This document shows, piece by piece, positions 59,372-64,000 of a stretch of 64,000 nucleotides of DNA; the stretch's first letter is position 1; the number at the start of each line of letters is the position of its first letter. Source of the DNA: Planctomycetia bacterium. GTDB taxonomy: Bacteria > Planctomycetota > Planctomycetia > Pirellulales > JACPPG01. The translations under genes and the position numbers were made by a program. Location: assembly GCA_016191115.1 (NCBI GenBank), contig JACPPG010000050.1, forward strand, positions 12,390-76,389. Reading direction: 5' to 3'. The notes under the pieces were generated by a model that ran no database searches, had not been told where the DNA came from, and saw only the letters and a list, made by a program, of their open reading frames with translations.

Positions 59372-61516
59372 TCACGGAGCCGCCGCGCCCGGCACCGTCA
59401 CGAGCGCCCCGGCCAACTGTGCGGCGCCGGTCGTGGGCGGCAGCACCAGCGTGGCGTATTCGGCGATGTCGATATTGTAGTCGGCCAGCCGGCCAAGGAA
59501 GGAGAGGGTCTCGGCCGTCTGTTCGTGAACGGCCACGAGCGCCGCGTGCGCGTCGGCAGGGTTGGCAGACGATTGAATGGCGTGAGTCGCACGATTCTTG
59601 TCGGCACTCACGACCGCGGCGGCGTGCTCGGTTGCCGCCCGCTGCGCCTTGGGGATTTCGGAGGCCAGCCGCTGAATCGCCGCCGATCCGGACAGCTCCC
59701 GCGGCAGTTCGTTGAGCGCCAGCCGGTACCCGCCAACGTGTGGCGGAGTCGTTGGCGCAAGCCATCGGCCCCCAGCCGGCCGTCCGGCAGCCACGGTCAG
59801 CGTCCATTGCGCCACGAGCGAATCGGCTTGCGACGCTTGCGCGTCCGCTTCGGCGGCCATTCGCGCGGCTCGCACGATCAATGCGTCGGCTGCCGGCGCG
59901 GCCGTGTCGGAAAGCATTGCGGCCAACGTGTCGATCTGCTCGAGCTGCTGGGCCATAACCGCGTGCCGCGCCGCGCTCTGGTGTGCCTGCCAATACGCCA
60001 CGATGGCTTCGCGCCGCCGCGCAGCGGGGATTGCCGACACATAATCCGCTAGCGCGGTCGGCTCGACATGGCGCTTGCCACCGTCGTAGCTCCAAAAGAG
60101 CACGTCCGTCAGATGGCGCGCTTGCTCGGCCGGCGTCACGTCATAGAGGCCTTGGTACAAGCCTTGAATAGCGGCCGAGGTCGAGCTCGATCCCGCGGTG
60201 CCGCCGGCGGTGTCCTGATCCGCGGTCGACGGCTTTTGCGCTTCGTGCCGCGGCGCCGCGGACCCTTGCGCTGCGGGGGACGCCGTGCCGGCCTCGGGTT
60301 GAGCCGGCGCGCCCTCGCCCGACGCCGCCGGAGCGCCCTTGGGAAAGTTGGTCGACGGCGGCGGCACGTGCGCCGGCGCGCCGGCGCGCGGCGGCGTTTG
60401 CGCCGCGGGGGGAGTGCGCACCGGCTGATTGAAGCCCGCCCGCTCGACCCCGCTTCCCGCGCCTTGGGCGGCGCCTCCCGGAGCGGCGCCCGTGCCTCCG
60501 CCGGCGACGACGCCTGTTGGAACCGTCGACGGCTTGATGAGCATGGCGACGAGCGCCTCGGTGGTCGGCGCAGTCACCGGGACGGAAAGCGCGTACTCGG
60601 CGATCTCGTTGTTGTACGTTCGCACGTCGCTCACCAAGGCGCGGCGTTGCTGTGCCAACTCGTCGACAAGTGACAGCACGAGCGGCAGGTCGGCCTGCCC
60701 GCCGTAGTACGATTCCTCGATCGCCTCGACCGCATCGCTGGCGGCCGCGACCGCGGCGGCGCGGGCCTCGATCGCGCCGCGGCGCACCGGCAGCGTGCGG
60801 TCGATCAGCACGGCGCGCGCCGGCGCGACTCGGCCGGCAAACACCTGGTCGAGAACCGTCTTGTAAGGTCCCACGTGCGGTACGTCGGCCGGCAAGGGGA
60901 GCGGCTGCGTGGTGGGTAGACGCATGGCGGCGGCCAGTTCGTACTGCGCGGCGACAAGCGCCAACTCGGCATCGTGCTGGCGCGCTTGAGCCGCGGCCAT
61001 GCGCGTGGCCAGGACGTGTTCCGCCGTCGAAGGCTGCTGGTCCGGCGCGCTGGCCGGCTTCAAGCGTTCGAGCTGCTGCGCCTCGTCCCAGTTGAAGTTG
61101 TAGTCGGCCAGCGCCGCCGCCAGCTTCCAGTAGCTCTCGGTCGTGCGCAGTTGGGTTGCGCGGTCGAGCGATGCCCGCAATGCTTCGACGAGCGTCACGG
61201 ACCGGCCGGTGATCTGGCCACCTTCGGGAGCAACCAGGGCCGTCCTCAATAGATCGGCGGCCTTGCGCTTTGCGGGGCGCGGTTCCACCGGCACGAGCGG
61301 CCCGGCGGGCTGGCTCGGTGGTTCGGCCGCGCGTGCGGCCGCGCGGCCGCGCGCGGGGTCCTCGCCCGGCGTGGCGGCGCCAACGCCGGAAGGGGCGGCA
61401 GGGGGCGTGATGCCCGGCGCTGCCGGTCGATGGCCCGTGCCGGCACCAGGTCCCTTCGTCTGGGCCTGCGGAATCTGGGCCACCAGCATCGTGATCACAA
61501 GCGCGGTCGCGTGCAT
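59372..61516 (-). CDS. secreted protein with two TolC/OEP-like helical repeats and Ala/Pro-rich linkers
   Basis: GGGAGGAG RBS before ATG 61516. Signal-like MHATALVITMLVAQIPQAQ. Two units end ..YNNEIAEYALSV and ..YNIDIAEYATLV. The ORF-track extension to 61828 runs through MITE copy C. Confidence 0.5.
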   Translation of the reverse strand: MHATALVITMLVAQIPQAQTKGPGAGTGHRPAAPGITPPAAPSGVGAATPGEDPARGRAAARAAEPPSQPAGPLVPVEPRPAKRKAADLLRTALVAPEGGQITGRSVTLVEALRASLDRATQLRTTESYWKLAAALADYNFNWDEAQQLERLKPASAPDQQPSTAEHVLATRMAAAQARQHDAELALVAAQYELAAAMRLPTTQPLPLPADVPHVGPYKTVLDQVFAGRVAPARAVLIDRTLPVRRGAIEARAAAVAAASDAVEAIEESYYGGQADLPLVLSLVDELAQQRRALVSDVRTYNNEIAEYALSVPVTAPTTEALVAMLIKPSTVPTGVVAGGGTGAAPGGAAQGAGSGVERAGFNQPVRTPPAAQTPPRAGAPAHVPPPSTNFPKGAPAASGEGAPAQPEAGTASPAAQGSAAPRHEAQKPSTADQDTAGGTAGSSSTSAAIQGLYQGLYDVTPAEQARHLTDVLFWSYDGGKRHVEPTALADYVSAIPAARRREAIVAYWQAHQSAARHAVMAQQLEQIDTLAAMLSDTAAPAADALIVRAARMAAEADAQASQADSLVAQWTLTVAAGRPAGGRWLAPTTPPHVGGYRLALNELPRELSGSAAIQRLASEIPKAQRAATEHAAAVVSADKNRATHAIQSSANPADAHAALVAVHEQTAETLSFLGRLADYNIDIAEYATLVLPPTTGAAQLAGALVTVPGAAAP

Positions 61517-61653
61517 GCGGATCTCCTCCCAGGCGCACCTCAACCCCACTAGCGCGCAAGCACTTTCCCCAGCCTGACCGGTTCCGGCGAAGGCGTCAAC
61601 AGGAGCTTCCGGGGCCGGCCCTTTTCGCGACGGAGGACCGCCGCCTTGAGGAC

Positions 61654-61810
61654 CAGGGCCATTCTGTTTTTCAAAATGGCGAGGCGGGAAAATGAGACTG
61701 GCTCCGAGCATAAACAGCGCAAGCCCTTTCAGACCAACGTTTCGTCTCGGTGCCCGTCCCACTTTCCCGCCGGTGCGCCGCCGGCAAGCTTGAATCTGTG
61801 AACGGCCCTG
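61654..61810 (-). mobile_element. 157-bp MITE copy C (inverted)
   Basis: CAGGGCC...GGCCCTG termini. Perfect 11-bp duplication GCCTTGAGGAC at 61643-61653 and 61811-61821. Confidence 0.9.
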
Positions 61811-61926
61811 GCCTTGAGGACGACGCATGTAGACAAATGGGCAAGTGGCCGCTTATTTTGTTGGTGGACTGAAGGGACGAACCCCTCGGCTCGCTAGCTT
61901 CAGAATGGAAACCGCGAGGACGCGCG

Positions 61927-63288
61927 ATGCTGACCGTTCTAGGACCGGCGGATCGGCAGCCGTTTTGCGATCGTGTGTCGCGGCGCAACTTTCTGAAGAT
62001 CGGCGCGCTCGGGGCGACTGGGCTGACCTTGCCGGATCTCCTGCGCGCGGAAGCGGCCGCCGGCGTCCGCCATTCGACGAAGTCCATCATCCTCATCTAC
62101 CTGGTGGGCGGGCCGCCGCACCTGGATATGTTCGATCTGAAGCCGCGGGCGCCGCGCGAGGTGGCCGGCCCCTTCCGCCCCATCGCCACGAACGTGCCGG
62201 GCATCGAGATTTGCGAGCACATGCCCAGGCTGGCGCAGCGGATGGACCGGATGGCGATCGTCCGCTCGATCTGCGACTGCCAGGCGGACCACGACGCGTT
62301 CCAGTGCTACACGGGTCACGATCCGCGCCGCGCGGCGGTGGCAGGGGGCTGGCCGACGCTGGGCTCCGCGGTGGCCCGGCTGCAAGGACCGGCCCAGCCG
62401 GGTGTGCCGCCCTACGTCAGCCTGTGCTACCCGTGTACGCACCCGCCCTACAACGAACCGGGCCCTGGGTTCCTCGGCGTCGCGCACACGCCGTTCCGGC
62501 CGCTGGGGGAAGGCCGCGGCGACCTGGTCCTAACGGGCATCACCTACGACCGGCTGCACGATCGCCGGCGCCTGCTGGCGGCCGTCGATCGCTTCCGCCG
62601 CGACGCGGACGGCAAAGGGGCCATGCGGGGCCTCGATGCCTTCACCGAGCAGGCGATGGGCGTGCTCACGTCCTCGCGACTGGCCGAGGCCCTGGACCTG
62701 TCGCGCGAGGACCCGCGGACCGTCGAGCGGTACGGCACCGGCGATCCCACGGTGTTTATCGACGGCAACGGCGCGCCCCGCGTGCCGCAGAGCTTCCTGG
62801 CCGCGCGGCGATTGGTCGAAGCGGGCGCCCGCGTCGTCACTCTCAACTACAGCAAGTGGGATTGGCACGGCCACCCGTACGGTTCTTGCTTCGATCGTTG
62901 CCGCGAGGACATGGAAGTGCTGGACCGGGGCTTCTCGGCGCTCTTGGATGACCTGCGCGATCGTGGACTGGAGCGGGACGTGACCGTGGCCGTGTGGGGC
63001 GAGTTCGGCCGCACGCCGACGATCAACGCCAACGTGGGGCGCGATCACTGGCCGCGCGTGGCGTTCGGCCTCTTGGCTGGCGGCGGGCTGCGGACCGGGC
63101 AGGTGATCGGCGCCACGGACCGCCTGGGGGGCGAACCGGTCGAGCGCCCGGTCAAGTTCGGCGAGCTATTCGCCACTCTGTACCGCACGCTGTCGATCGA
63201 CGCGGCGCAAACGACAGTCGCCGACCTGAACGGCCGGCCGCAATACCTGGTGGACGCCGGCGCCGAGCCGCTCCGCGAGCTGATCTAG
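61927..63288 (+). CDS. DUF1501 (sulfatase-fold) protein with twin-arginine signal
   Basis: SRRNFLKIGALGATGL Tat motif. KSIILIYLVGGPPHLDMFDLKP, and a C-terminal GRDHWP motif. Confidence 0.88.
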   Translation: MLTVLGPADRQPFCDRVSRRNFLKIGALGATGLTLPDLLRAEAAAGVRHSTKSIILIYLVGGPPHLDMFDLKPRAPREVAGPFRPIATNVPGIEICEHMPRLAQRMDRMAIVRSICDCQADHDAFQCYTGHDPRRAAVAGGWPTLGSAVARLQGPAQPGVPPYVSLCYPCTHPPYNEPGPGFLGVAHTPFRPLGEGRGDLVLTGITYDRLHDRRRLLAAVDRFRRDADGKGAMRGLDAFTEQAMGVLTSSRLAEALDLSREDPRTVERYGTGDPTVFIDGNGAPRVPQSFLAARRLVEAGARVVTLNYSKWDWHGHPYGSCFDRCREDMEVLDRGFSALLDDLRDRGLERDVTVAVWGEFGRTPTINANVGRDHWPRVAFGLLAGGGLRTGQVIGATDRLGGEPVERPVKFGELFATLYRTLSIDAAQTTVADLNGRPQYLVDAGAEPLRELI

Positions 63289-63324
63289 CAGCCCGAAGCC
63301 GCACGGCCACTTGCTTCTCGCACC

Positions 63325-63433
63325 GTGTGCCACTGCTTCGTTAGAAGCAGTGCAAGGCTGCGATTCGTAGTATGTCGACGCCTGACAGCGCTCCAAAGCA
63401 CGGCTTGCCCGTGCCGGTCAAGCCGTGGCACAC
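63325..63433. repeat. bipartite hairpin element family 3, copy 3 (inverted)
   Basis: GTGTGCCACTGCTTCGTTAGAAGCAGTGCAAGG ... AGCACGGCTTGCCCGTGCCGGTCAAGCCGTGGCACAC. Lies between convergent gene ends. Confidence 0.8.
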
Positions 63434-63473
63434 CGCTGGTGGCGCACTTGCTGTCCGCCGTGCCAACTCTCGC

Positions 63474-64000
63474 CTAGTACGGCGCGTCGACCAGCAGCGA
63501 CTCGGGCAGATCGACCAGCCGCGAGCGGAGGTACTCGCCCAGGCTTTTGGCCTGCGGGTCGGAGCGGATCGAGGACGACACGCCCTCGCCCAACAGGCCG
63601 ACGACCACGAAGTTGATCGCCCGCAAATTCGGGAACTCGAAACGCCGCACGGTCAATCGGTCGGCCTCGGGCACGAGTTCTTTGAAGCGTTCGACGGTGA
63701 GGAACGACGCCAGCCAGGCGTAGCCCGGGTCGCTGCGGGCCCATATGCCGACGTTGGCGTTGCCCCCCTTGTCGCCCGAGCGGGCGCCGAAGATGGTGCC
63801 CAGCGGCAGCCGCCGCGTCGGGCCCGAAGGCGCCGCCGACGCAGGTTTGGCGCTGGCGGCGGCGTTGTCCGCAGGCTTCTTTTCGCTTGAGTCCGATGCC
63901 GGTATCGGAACGCGCGTCCCGTCGTCCAGCACCACTTCCTGCATGATCACATCGGCGGGCACGAGCGCCGGCCAGTAGACGCCGTACGGCGTCGCCTCTT
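63474..64000 (-). CDS. 3' part of an AtuA-like (DUF1446) family protein, truncated by the window end
   Basis: The frame stays open to position 64000. FGARSGDKGGNANVGIWARS and the C-terminal domain resemble the acyclic-terpene-utilisation AtuA family (from memory). Confidence 0.5.
   Translation of the reverse strand, partial: EATPYGVYWPALVPADVIMQEVVLDDGTRVPIPASDSSEKKPADNAAASAKPASAAPSGPTRRLPLGTIFGARSGDKGGNANVGIWARSDPGYAWLASFLTVERFKELVPEADRLTVRRFEFPNLRAINFVVVGLLGEGVSSSIRSDPQAKSLGEYLRSRLVDLPESLLVDAPY

Noticed and set aside
60141-61559. 472-aa and other long alternative-frame ORFs (59361-60095, 60652-61095) within the TolC-like gene
   Set aside because: Same-locus shadow frames. Only the 59372-61516 frame has an RBS, a signal-like N-terminus and an internally repeated helical pattern.
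12678-63433. Repeated palindromic elements as a CRISPR array
   Set aside because: The copies are kilobases apart, vary in length and are mutually inverted. There is no regular repeat-spacer periodicity and no cas genes.

Overview
High-GC bacterial chromosomal segment. The gene content points to Planctomycetota (inference): a DUF1559 prepilin-like protein, DUF1501, a PSCyt1-type CxxCH protein, PEP-CTERM proteins, an ECF sigma coupled to a Ser/Thr kinase, and secreted proteins with LEALEDR-type leaders. I can support about 60 protein genes. Housekeeping blocks are rpsO-pnp, ribH-nusB-ftsY, a suf Fe-S assembly operon (sufR, nuoB-like, sufC, sufB, sufD, Rieske, retropepsin-like, DUF59), xylA, pyk, ggt, mscL, dusB and a cold-shock gene. 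I found no rRNA, tRNA, CRISPR array, transposase or integrase. Three things stand out. (1) A co-directional cluster at 32.3-39.0 kb holds an ECF sigma, a membrane Ser/Thr kinase with LTxxQ-type and Pro-rich outer domains, two tandem secreted G-x-G-x-D repeat paralogs, and two small secreted aromatic-rich proteins, one of them about 40 percent tyrosine. This is my best candidate for an undescribed envelope or matrix system. (2) The window is dense in non-coding repeat families: a 157-bp MITE with terminal inverted repeats and 10-11 bp target-site duplications (3 copies) and at least five families of palindromic REP-like elements sitting at gene ends, inside operons and in divergent promoters. 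(3) A small accessory islet at 39.1-42.4 kb holds a truncated secreted gene, an AbrB/PIN toxin-antitoxin pair with a frameshifted toxin, and a nucleotidyltransferase pair. The suf operon is also atypical: it contains an orphan NuoB-like protein and a retropepsin-like gene, and no sufS is visible. All functional calls come from motif recognition in the supplied translations. No database search was run.
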